64,000 nt of DNA, from NCBI GenBank assembly GCA_964539645.1, contig CAZIJV010000008.1:19461-83460 (forward strand), read 5' to 3'. Positions 9,673-17,979 of this stretch are shown here, one piece after another. The notes under the pieces were generated by a model. That model had not been told where the DNA came from. It searched no databases and saw only the letters and a list, made by a program, of their open reading frames with translations. The DNA comes from an uncultured Syntrophobacter sp. GTDB taxonomy: Bacteria > Desulfobacterota > Syntrophobacteria > Syntrophobacterales > Syntrophobacteraceae. Within the stretch, counting starts at the first letter, position 1. Every line of letters starts with the position of its first letter. A program made the translations under genes and the position numbers.

Positions 9673-9719
9673 GCGGACAAACCCCTCCCGGGGGAGAAGA
9701 ACAAATAAGGAGTTATACG

Positions 9720-10154
9720 ATGTCTGAGTGGTCCCCCAAAATCGCAGCTTTCCTGTGCAACTGGTGCTCCTACGGCGCGGCAGACCTCGCCGGGGTCAGC
9801 CGGTTCCAGTATCCAGCCAATATCAGGATTGTCCGCCTGCCTTGCTCGGGACGCGTCAACCCCAAGTTGATCCTGGCCGCCCTCAGGCGCGGCGCTGATG
9901 GTATCTGGGTCTCGGGATGTCATCCCGGAGACTGCCATTACATAGAGGGCAATTTGTATGCGCGGCGCAAATTCGCCCTGCTTAAAAGTCAGCTCGAATA
10001 CACGGGGCTGATCGAGCCCGGGCGGTTGCACTTCTCCTGGATTTCGTCGGCCGAGGCGACCAAGTTCGCGGAAATGGCGCGCCACGTAGTGGAATCGGTA
10101 AAAGCGGTCGGACCCGCGCAGCACTTTATCAAGAAGCAAGCTGAGGTGGCATAG
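9720..10154 (+). CDS. mvhD: MvhD/FlpD-like (methyl-viologen-reducing hydrogenase delta subunit family) protein
   Basis: 144-aa ORF. AAFLCNWCSYGAADLAG, VRLPCSGRV and VSGCHPGDCHY form the MvhD cysteine pattern. It lies 47 nt downstream of hdrA. Confidence 0.9.
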   Translation: MSEWSPKIAAFLCNWCSYGAADLAGVSRFQYPANIRIVRLPCSGRVNPKLILAALRRGADGIWVSGCHPGDCHYIEGNLYARRKFALLKSQLEYTGLIEPGRLHFSWISSAEATKFAEMARHVVESVKAVGPAQHFIKKQAEVA

Positions 10155-11102
10155 ATGCAAGCATATACCAATAAGATAAGAGAAGCGGCAAAAAGGCTGC
10201 TTTCGGAAAAACGCGTGGACGGTGTGATCGGGTTCCGCAGGGGCACGGTTCCGTTCATGAATGAACCGTTTCTGGCCAAGACCCCTGAGCATGCCGACCA
10301 GCTTGTCTGGGACGGCAACTGCGGAATAAACCTGGCCAACTACCTGCCCAAAAGAACCGGTACGGTGGCCATCGTCGCCAAGGGGTGCGATTCGCGCAAT
10401 ATTTCGATTCACCTCATGGAAAACCAGATCAAGCGCGAACAGCTCTACATCCTGGGCGCTCCCTGCAAAGGCATGACGGACAAGCGCAAGATCCAGGACC
10501 AGCTTAACGGCAAAGAAATCCTGCTGGCCGAAGATCTTGGCGATAAGGTCCGAGTGACGGGCAAGGATCTCGACCAGACCTTCAACCGTGCGGACTATCT
10601 CCAGCAAAACTGCGCTATCTGCACGCACCGCAACCCGGTTGTATACGACGAGCTTCTCGGAGAACCCGTGCAGGAACAGCAAGTCGATCCCTACGAGGAA
10701 ATCAACCGTATAGAGGCCATGCTGCCGGATGAGAAGCGCGCCTATTTCGATAAACTCGTTGAGCCCTGCATTCGCTGCTACGCATGCCGTAACGCCTGCC
10801 CCGGCTGCTACTGCCCGACCTGCTTTGTCGATGAAGCCAAACCGCAATGGGTCGGCAAGACCACCGATCCTACCGATACCCGCACCTTTCACTTTCTGAG
10901 GGCATTTCATCTTGCCGGACGCTGCACCGACTGCGGCTCGTGCGAGAGGGCCTGCCCCGTAGGCATAAAGGTGCGCCAGTTCACCAAGAAGCTGGAAAAG
11001 GAAGTAATGGCGCTCTACGGCTATGAAGCGGGCGTAATCCAGGATCAGCGGCCTCCGCTCGATACATACCGGCCGGACGATCCCGAACCGTTCCTGGGAT
11101 GA
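10155..11102 (+). CDS. mvhD-coupled iron-sulfur protein (2x[4Fe-4S]-type, AsrA/HydB/FrhB-related), function unknown
   Basis: 315-aa ORF whose ATG abuts the mvhD stop (TAGATG). Cys motifs: CIRCYACRNACPGCYCPTC and CTDCGSCERACP. It is a paralogue of ORF 21543..22337. Confidence 0.75.
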   Translation: MQAYTNKIREAAKRLLSEKRVDGVIGFRRGTVPFMNEPFLAKTPEHADQLVWDGNCGINLANYLPKRTGTVAIVAKGCDSRNISIHLMENQIKREQLYILGAPCKGMTDKRKIQDQLNGKEILLAEDLGDKVRVTGKDLDQTFNRADYLQQNCAICTHRNPVVYDELLGEPVQEQQVDPYEEINRIEAMLPDEKRAYFDKLVEPCIRCYACRNACPGCYCPTCFVDEAKPQWVGKTTDPTDTRTFHFLRAFHLAGRCTDCGSCERACPVGIKVRQFTKKLEKEVMALYGYEAGVIQDQRPPLDTYRPDDPEPFLG

Positions 11103-11168
11103 TTGGCGCGGAGAATAGGATTCCCGCCTGTGCGGGATGGTCACGAAAGCTAGAGAAGGGACAGACCC

Positions 11169-12224
11169 ATGTCTGATATTTACATCGCGAAAGCAGATTT
11201 TCCCGGAATAATAGAGAGGCTCATGAGCCGCTACCGGGTATATGCCCCCGTCAAAAAGGGCCGATATCATGAATTCACACCCTTAACCAGTGCAGCCGAG
11301 GCCGATCTTGGCTTCAAAAACACCCGTCTTTCTCCCAAAGGGATTTTCCATCCCCAGGCAGAACGGATGTTTGAGTACAGTCTCGCCAAAGACGACCCGC
11401 AGGCAGGCATCGTAAAAGAAGCCTCCAAGGATTTTTCGCCGCGCATCGTGCTCGGAATCAGACCCTGTGATGCGAAGGCTTTTCAACTCGACGACGCCAA
11501 TTTCAACACTGACACGATCAAGGACCCCTGGTGGGTACGCAGGCGCGAAGCAACGACCCTCATCGGTCTGGCGTGCAACTCGCCTTGCTCCACCTGTTTT
11601 TGTACCTCCATGGGGACCGGCCCTTTCGACACCTCCGGCCTGGACATTCTGCTGGTGGATACCGGCGACGGCTATGCCGCAAAGGTGCTGACCGAGAAGG
11701 GCAGAAACGTTCTCGGCATCACCGAAGGGTGGTCTTCGGTAACGAGCGAGGTGGAAGGTAAGATCGACGGCCTGAAAAAAACCGCCGAGCAGGGAATCGC
11801 CAAGGCCTTCGACCCGGCGCCCATCGCCGGGAAGGACATGCTGGAGCTGTACAACGCACCCATATGGGACGAGATACAGTTTGCCTGCATCAATTGCGGA
11901 ACCTGTACTTTCGTTTGCCCTACCTGCTGGTGTTTCGATATCCATGATGAAGTCTCCGGTGATAAGGGCGACCGCCTCAGACTGTGGGATTCCTGCATGT
12001 TCCCGCTCTTCACGCTGCACGGCTCCGGGCACAACCCGCGTAACCAGAAGACCCAGCGCGTGCGCCAGAGATTCATGCACAAGCTCAAATACTACCAGGA
12101 CAAGTATAACAGCGGTTCGGCCTGCGTAGGCTGCGGCCGATGTGTGCAAGCCTGCCCGGTCAATATCGACATCAGGCAAGTCGGCGCCCTGATGGCGTCC
12201 CCCGGCTGTTCATGTCCGGCCTAG
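11169..12224 (+). CDS. AsrA / sulfhydrogenase-beta-like iron-sulfur protein
   Basis: 351-aa ORF with CNSPCSTCFC, CINCGTCTFVCPTCWCFD and CVGCGRCVQACP. This cysteine architecture matches anaerobic sulfite reductase subunit A and HydB-type proteins. Confidence 0.75.
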   Translation: MSDIYIAKADFPGIIERLMSRYRVYAPVKKGRYHEFTPLTSAAEADLGFKNTRLSPKGIFHPQAERMFEYSLAKDDPQAGIVKEASKDFSPRIVLGIRPCDAKAFQLDDANFNTDTIKDPWWVRRREATTLIGLACNSPCSTCFCTSMGTGPFDTSGLDILLVDTGDGYAAKVLTEKGRNVLGITEGWSSVTSEVEGKIDGLKKTAEQGIAKAFDPAPIAGKDMLELYNAPIWDEIQFACINCGTCTFVCPTCWCFDIHDEVSGDKGDRLRLWDSCMFPLFTLHGSGHNPRNQKTQRVRQRFMHKLKYYQDKYNSGSACVGCGRCVQACPVNIDIRQVGALMASPGCSCPA

Positions 12225-12252
12225 AGCCGCTTTGCTAATGGAGGAATTTAAG

Positions 12253-13095
12253 GTGAATAACCCTTACCTGCCTTACCCGGTCCGAATCGATTCCGTCATA
12301 ACGGAAACTGAAGATCGAAATCTGAAGACGTTCAAGTTCGTCTTCCTCAATCCGGAAGATGAGAACAAGTTCGCATATACTCCCGGCCAGTTTGCAGTCC
12401 TTTCGGTCGCAGGCCTGGGAGAGATTCCCATCGGTATCGCCACCTCTCCGACAGAAAAAGGCTTCATCAAGTTCACGGTGAACAAGGTCGGCAAAGTGAC
12501 CACGCACATGCACAACATGAAGGCCGGCGATGTGATGGGCGTTCGCGGCCCGATGGGCAACTGGTATCCCTGGGACATGCTGGAGGGGAAGAACATCGTC
12601 ATCATCGGCGGTGGTTTCGCCTTCACCACCCTGCGCTCATCGATCGTCTACATGCTCGACCCGAAGAACCGCTCCCGCTTCGGAAATATCGACGTCGTCT
12701 ACGGCGCTCGCCATCCCGGGTTGCTTCTCTACAAAGAAGAACTCGCCGAATGGGAAAGGCGCTCGGACATTAATATGCACATTACGGTGGACGGCACAAC
12801 CGATCCGAACTGGAAATACAACGTCGGCTTCGTTCCCGCCGTCACCAAGCAGAAAGCCCCGAGCGCGGACAATTCTTATGCGATCATTTGCGGCCCCCCG
12901 ATAATGATCAAGTTCACCCTTCCCGTTCTCACCGAACTCGGTTTTCCCCCCGAGCGCATCATTTCGAGTCTCGAGATGCGGATGAAGTGCGGGATCGGAA
13001 TCTGCGGCCGGTGCAACATCGGGACGGAGTACGTCTGTAAGGACGGCCCGGTTTTTACCTTGGAACAGCTCTCAAAATTGCCCACCGAGTACTAG
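12253..13095 (+). CDS. AsrB / HydG / PyrK-like FAD-NAD(P)-binding [2Fe-2S] oxidoreductase
   Basis: ORF 12232..13095. I prefer the GTG at 12253, 7 nt after GGAGGA (12240-12245). FNR-like fold cues: PGQFAVLS, VRGPMGN, IIGGGFAFTTLRS. C-terminal cluster: CGIGICGRCNIG..YVC. Confidence 0.8.
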   Translation: MNNPYLPYPVRIDSVITETEDRNLKTFKFVFLNPEDENKFAYTPGQFAVLSVAGLGEIPIGIATSPTEKGFIKFTVNKVGKVTTHMHNMKAGDVMGVRGPMGNWYPWDMLEGKNIVIIGGGFAFTTLRSSIVYMLDPKNRSRFGNIDVVYGARHPGLLLYKEELAEWERRSDINMHITVDGTTDPNWKYNVGFVPAVTKQKAPSADNSYAIICGPPIMIKFTLPVLTELGFPPERIISSLEMRMKCGIGICGRCNIGTEYVCKDGPVFTLEQLSKLPTEY

Positions 13096-13103
13096 AGGCC
13101 AAG

Positions 13104-15659
13104 ATGAATTCAATCACTATCCGGATCAACGATCGGGAGCTCAAGGCGAGACGGTCGCAAACGATTATGGAAGCAGCAGACGAGGCCGGAATTACCATTC
13201 CTCGGCTATGCAACCATCCCTCTCTTAAGCCCAGCGGTTCCTGCCGGTTGTGCGCCGTGGAAATCGAGGGTTATCGCGGACTTCCGGCGGCCTGCACGAC
13301 GCCGGTTGAAGAGGGCATGCGGGTGCGAACCCAGAGCCCCAAAGTGCTCGATTTCTGCCGGGAGACGTTGCGCCTGATCCTGCAGGACCATCCCCGGGAA
13401 TGTCTGGGGTGCCCACGCAATGGGACCTGTGAACTCCAGCAGCTCGTCACCGCACTGGGCATTGATTTCCCCTATGTGCCTCCGTCGCGGCAACGCGCGC
13501 CGCTCGTACCCGCGGGATCGTATTTCGAGCGGGACTACAGCCTGTGCGTGCGTTGCGGACGGTGCGTACGCGTCTGCCATGAGGTTCGCGGGGCAAGAGC
13601 GATCGTTTTTCGCGAGAAGGAAGGACGTCAGGAGGTCGGTACGCCTCTCGACCGTCCTCTTGCGGAAGCCGGCTGCGAGTTTTGCGGCGCCTGTGTGGAC
13701 GTGTGCCCGGTCGGCGCCTTGCGGGAGACGCTGGATGTCAGCCAGGGCGAGGGCTGGCGACAGATGTCGGAGGTTTGCGAAAACCTTACCAATATAGTGA
13801 TGACCCTCTTCCAGGGGCAGATGCAGCCCTCCTCGAAAACCTCAGTGTGTCCGATCTGCACAGCGGGATGCAGTCTCGATTTCGAAACTGCCGGAGAGCA
13901 CGAGGTCATCCGGGTGCGCCCGAGCATGGATGAGGCAGGCCTCCGCGGCCAGGCATGCATTCAGGGACGTTTTCTGCTGAAGCGCTACCTGCAGCGCACG
14001 GATCGCATCCTGTGGCCGGTTGTTCGGGAAGGTGTGGAGTATAGGCAGGAGAGCTGGGAATCTGCATTGGATTATGCTGCACGCAGGTTCAAGAGTTACA
14101 ACCGCGACGAGGTTGCAGTCCTGACCAATGCTCGCCTCAGTAACGAGGATCTCTATACATTGAGAGTGTTTGCCCGTGACGCTCTGAAAACGAGGTTTGT
14201 CGGATCCACTGCCATCGGACGGCATTCCTTCAGTAAGGGAATGGAGTTTGAGGAACTCTACTCAGAAGACGGCCCCGACGACATGGGTGCGCTGAATCAT
14301 ACGGACTGCGCTCTGGTATTCGGCTTCAATCCGCAGGCAAGCCATCCGATTGCCGGAGTCCAACTCCGAAGGGCTGCAATCAACGGGATGCGACTCATTA
14401 CTGCCGGCCCGTGCAAAACTGCCCCGGCACGGTATGCCGACATCCATCTCAGGCATTACCCCGGCATGGAGCTTTTCGTCCTCGCTGGTCTGGCAAGGCT
14501 GCTGATGGATGAGAACCAAAAGGATTCCGAAACTGCCCGCAGGCGCAGCCCGGAATTGAAATTACTTTGGGAGTACAGCCCGGATTCAGTCTCCAGGATA
14601 ACAGGGACGCCCGAAGCAGATCTCATCGAAGCCGCTCGGCTGATCCGCAATGCAAGGGAGTTGAACATCCTTTACGGAACAGGCCTTTTCGCTTCCCCGA
14701 AATATGCCGATGTGCTGCAAGCCATGCGCGCACTAATGCTGATCAAGGGCATCAGGCCGGAAAACGGAGGAGCTATTCTTCCTGCCTTCGGTGGGGGTAA
14801 TTCTTTGGGGGAACTGGTGCTGGGCAAGTTTTTTGACCCCCTCGGACAGAAGAGCGTCTTTGATGCGCTTGCTTCGGGTAAGGTCAAAGCGCTTTACCTG
14901 GCCGTGGAGAGTATGGAGGATAATCCGCTCGAGTTCCTTCAACAATGGCTCGAAAGGCTGGATTTCGTTCTCATTCACGATGTGGTCATGCCTGGAGAAA
15001 GAATAAAGAAGGCGCTTCCCTCTTCCTGCGCCTTCCTGCCTTTGCCGTCGATTCTCGAAAAGGGCGGAACATTCACCTGCGGGGGGGAAAAGCAGCGCCG
15101 TATCGTCTCCGTCCTGCCTGCGCCCGACGAGGCAAAATCGGTGGCGTGGGTTGTGGGGGCTCTCGCGCGCAAAATGGATATTCCCGGCTTTAGTAATGGT
15201 GACACCCGGGCGGTTTTGCAGGAAATGTGCCGGCGAATTCCTTTCTTCGCTGAATCACCGCCGCGTGATGCTGAGAGCCCCAGTCTCAGGATAGGCTGGA
15301 ATACCGTACCCGTCGAAGTCTTTCGCGATATGCCCGATAAGGAATTCCCTTTCGCCCTGGTATTAAAAGAGCAACTGGCGCCTTATTTCATGGGACCCCT
15401 CCTGGCCAAGGAGACGGCAGACATCTTCAATTCAGCGCCGGACGTCGAGATGTCCCCCGGGGACGCCTACTCGATGGGATTATTACCGGGCGATACCGTG
15501 CGGGTAATTACACGCGATGGCGAATGGGAAGGCAAGCTTTCAATGAATCTATTTCTGCTGCCCAAAATGGTGGTCCTGCCCGCTTCCTCGATGCTGGTCG
15601 CTTCAGGGGGCAGAGATAATAAATATGCGGTATATGCCGCCAAAGTCGAAAAGAGGTAA
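13104..15659 (+). CDS. formate dehydrogenase alpha / NuoG-like molybdopterin-oxidoreductase-family protein, probably non-catalytic
   Basis: 851-aa ORF. N-terminal [2Fe-2S] (CNHPSLKPSGSCRLC...C), a His-ligated cluster (HPRECLGCPRNGTC), and two ferredoxin motifs (CVRCGRCVRVC, CEFCGACVDVCP). The Mo-domain cluster is CPICTAGC...C. At the position where FdhH-type enzymes carry Sec/Cys the sequence reads AIGRHS. Confidence 0.8.
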   Translation: MNSITIRINDRELKARRSQTIMEAADEAGITIPRLCNHPSLKPSGSCRLCAVEIEGYRGLPAACTTPVEEGMRVRTQSPKVLDFCRETLRLILQDHPRECLGCPRNGTCELQQLVTALGIDFPYVPPSRQRAPLVPAGSYFERDYSLCVRCGRCVRVCHEVRGARAIVFREKEGRQEVGTPLDRPLAEAGCEFCGACVDVCPVGALRETLDVSQGEGWRQMSEVCENLTNIVMTLFQGQMQPSSKTSVCPICTAGCSLDFETAGEHEVIRVRPSMDEAGLRGQACIQGRFLLKRYLQRTDRILWPVVREGVEYRQESWESALDYAARRFKSYNRDEVAVLTNARLSNEDLYTLRVFARDALKTRFVGSTAIGRHSFSKGMEFEELYSEDGPDDMGALNHTDCALVFGFNPQASHPIAGVQLRRAAINGMRLITAGPCKTAPARYADIHLRHYPGMELFVLAGLARLLMDENQKDSETARRRSPELKLLWEYSPDSVSRITGTPEADLIEAARLIRNARELNILYGTGLFASPKYADVLQAMRALMLIKGIRPENGGAILPAFGGGNSLGELVLGKFFDPLGQKSVFDALASGKVKALYLAVESMEDNPLEFLQQWLERLDFVLIHDVVMPGERIKKALPSSCAFLPLPSILEKGGTFTCGGEKQRRIVSVLPAPDEAKSVAWVVGALARKMDIPGFSNGDTRAVLQEMCRRIPFFAESPPRDAESPSLRIGWNTVPVEVFRDMPDKEFPFALVLKEQLAPYFMGPLLAKETADIFNSAPDVEMSPGDAYSMGLLPGDTVRVITRDGEWEGKLSMNLFLLPKMVVLPASSMLVASGGRDNKYAVYAAKVEKR

Positions 15660-15664
15660 GTCCC

Positions 15665-16507
15665 ATGTTCCCGATTGTCGCGCATGAAGAAGTGGCGCCT
15701 CTTGTTCACAGGATGAGCATCAAGGCCCCGATGGTAGCTGCCGGAGCCAAACCAGGCCAATTCGTCATTGTTATCATCGATGAAAAGGGTGAAAGGCTTC
15801 CCTTTACTGTCAGCGGTTGGGATGCACAGGCAGGCACGGTTGATTTCGTCTATATCGAAGTCGGCAACAGCACACGGCAACTTGCTTCTCTTAAGACTGG
15901 AGATCAACTGGCGCACTTGGTAGGCCCTCTGGGCAGGGCGGCGCACATTGACAGCTTCGGCCATGTGGTCGCCGTGGCGAGCGGATATGGAATCGCCGCG
16001 CTCGTGCCGGTGCTTGGGGCCCTGAAGGAAAGGGGAAACTCAGTCACTACCGTTCTCCAGGCCCCGGACCGGCAGCGCATTTTCGGACAGCCGGACCTCG
16101 AAGCGGTGAGCGACAGGCTGATACTCGCCACCGGAGAGGCTGGAGAGGATATGGCGACCAGCGCTACCCGGCCTTTGCGCAAACTGCTGGCTGACAGCCG
16201 AAATCCCGTCAACCGCGTGATCGTAATGGGATCGATGTGCCTTATGCGCATCATCAGCGAAATGACTCGGCCTTATGCAATCAAGACCATGGTGCACCTC
16301 ACCCCGCTCATGGTCGATGGTACGGGAATGTGCGGCGCCTGCCGGTTGAGCGTCCAGGGAAGCAACCGGTTTGCCTGCGTCCATGGCCCCGAATTCGACG
16401 GCCATGCAGTGGACGGATGGGATGTGCTGATGGCGCGGCGCTGCACCTACGCCGATGAGAGCATCCTGCAGCAGGGGTTTCAGTGCCGCGGCTGTTCTCA
16501 GTGGTAG
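15665..16507 (+). CDS. nfnA: NfnA / SudB-like sulfide-dihydroorotate dehydrogenase-like FAD/NAD-binding subunit
   Basis: 280-aa ORF with PGQFVIV, ERLPFTVS, VAVASGYGIAAL and a C-terminal DGTGMCGACR...C [2Fe-2S] motif. It sits immediately upstream of the GltD-like partner. Confidence 0.85.
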   Translation: MFPIVAHEEVAPLVHRMSIKAPMVAAGAKPGQFVIVIIDEKGERLPFTVSGWDAQAGTVDFVYIEVGNSTRQLASLKTGDQLAHLVGPLGRAAHIDSFGHVVAVASGYGIAALVPVLGALKERGNSVTTVLQAPDRQRIFGQPDLEAVSDRLILATGEAGEDMATSATRPLRKLLADSRNPVNRVIVMGSMCLMRIISEMTRPYAIKTMVHLTPLMVDGTGMCGACRLSVQGSNRFACVHGPEFDGHAVDGWDVLMARRCTYADESILQQGFQCRGCSQW

Positions 16508-16525
16508 CATAAAGGAGTACCGACA

Positions 16526-17965
16526 ATGTCAGAAACGAAAGCCTCCGGCACGGCTCAGGGGGAACCGGAACCCAAGAAAACCAAAATAAACCTGAACAGG
16601 CAGGAGATGCCCAAGCAGGCGCCCGAGGCGAGGCGAAGGAACTTCGATGAGGTCGCAACGGGTTACACCTATGAGATGGCGATGGAAGAAGCCATGCGCT
16701 GCATCCAATGCAAGAAGCGCAATTGCCGGCAGGGGTGTCCCGTTAATATCGATATTCCTGATTTCATCCGCCTACTTCAGCAGAAGGACATAATGGGAGC
16801 ATCGCGTATCCTGAAAGCAAAAACTTCCCTTCCCGGCATATGCGGCAGGGTCTGTCCACAGGAATCCCAGTGCGAGAATGCCTGTACACTCAACAAGAAA
16901 GGCGCTCCAGTGGCCATCGGCCGCCTTGAGCGCTTCATTTCCGATTGGGAGCGCAAAGAAGGGGCTGTTTCCATGCCTGAGATCGCCCCTTCGAGCGGCA
17001 AACGGGTGGCCGTGGTAGGCAGCGGTCCTTCCGGGCTCACCGTCGCTTCCGATCTGGCTATTCGCGGGCATCAAATCACCATGTTCGAAGCCCTGCATGT
17101 GGCCGGCGGGGTCCTGATGTACGGAATCCCCGAGTTCCGGCTTCCCAAGGAGATCGTCCAGCGTGAGGTCGCGTATGTGTCTTCGCTGGGAGTGGAAATA
17201 CGCCTCGACACGGTGATCGGCATCAACTACAGCCTCGATGAACTGCTCAACTCGCGCTACCAGGCCGTCTACCTGGCGACCGGGGCCGGACTCCCGATGT
17301 TTCTGGGCGTGCCGGGCGAAAACCTCAATATGGTCTACTCGGCAAACGAATTTCTCACCAGGACGAACCTGATGAAGGCCTACCTCTATCCGGACTACGC
17401 CACGCCGGCGAAGATGGGGAAGCGGGTGGCCGTGATCGGCGGGGGCAACGTGGCCATGGATTCGGCTCGTTGCGCCGTAAGGCTGGGCGCGCGCGAAGTA
17501 TACGTTATTTACCGGCGTACCCGCCAGGAAATGCCCGCTCGCCTCGAAGAAGTTGAAAATGCTGAAGAGGAAGGCATCCACTTTCATTTCCTCTGCAGCC
17601 CCACGGCGTTTATCAGTGACGGCCGTAACAACGTTGCCGCGATGGAATTGATCCGGATGCGGCTGGGCGAGCCGGATGCGAGCGGACGCAGGCGCCCTGT
17701 GCCGATTCCGGGGAGTGAATACACCATGGATATCGATACGGCGGTGATTTCCCTCGGGACCTCTCCCAACCCGCTGATCGCCTCCACCACACCCGATCTC
17801 GAGACTTCGCGGCGGGGGACCGTGATAGCCGATGAGAGGGGGAAAACGTCCAAAGCGCGCGTCTGGGCCGGGGGAGATACTGTCTCAGGAGGTGCTACCG
17901 TCATCAGCGCCATGGGCGAAGGACGCCGTGCGGCGTCGGCCATTCATGAATATTTGAGCCAATAG
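16526..17965 (+). CDS. nfnB: NfnB / GltD-like NADPH-dependent oxidoreductase (glutamate synthase small-subunit family)
   Basis: 479-aa ORF with RCIQCKKRNCRQGCP, CGRVCPQESQCENAC, VAVVGSGPSGLTVASDL, VAVIGGGNVAMD, LGEPDASGRRRP and WAGGDTVSG. Confidence 0.88.
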   Translation: MSETKASGTAQGEPEPKKTKINLNRQEMPKQAPEARRRNFDEVATGYTYEMAMEEAMRCIQCKKRNCRQGCPVNIDIPDFIRLLQQKDIMGASRILKAKTSLPGICGRVCPQESQCENACTLNKKGAPVAIGRLERFISDWERKEGAVSMPEIAPSSGKRVAVVGSGPSGLTVASDLAIRGHQITMFEALHVAGGVLMYGIPEFRLPKEIVQREVAYVSSLGVEIRLDTVIGINYSLDELLNSRYQAVYLATGAGLPMFLGVPGENLNMVYSANEFLTRTNLMKAYLYPDYATPAKMGKRVAVIGGGNVAMDSARCAVRLGAREVYVIYRRTRQEMPARLEEVENAEEEGIHFHFLCSPTAFISDGRNNVAAMELIRMRLGEPDASGRRRPVPIPGSEYTMDIDTAVISLGTSPNPLIASTTPDLETSRRGTVIADERGKTSKARVWAGGDTVSGGATVISAMGEGRRAASAIHEYLSQ

Positions 17966-17979
17966 GAGAAGGTGAGCTT

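Noticed and set aside
9669-11270. 533-aa minus-strand ORF spanning mvhD and the following FeS gene
   Set aside because: It is antisense to two plus-strand genes with clear cysteine motifs. Its own product is R/G/A/P-rich and has no recognisable motif or SD. This is a typical shadow ORF in GC-rich DNA.
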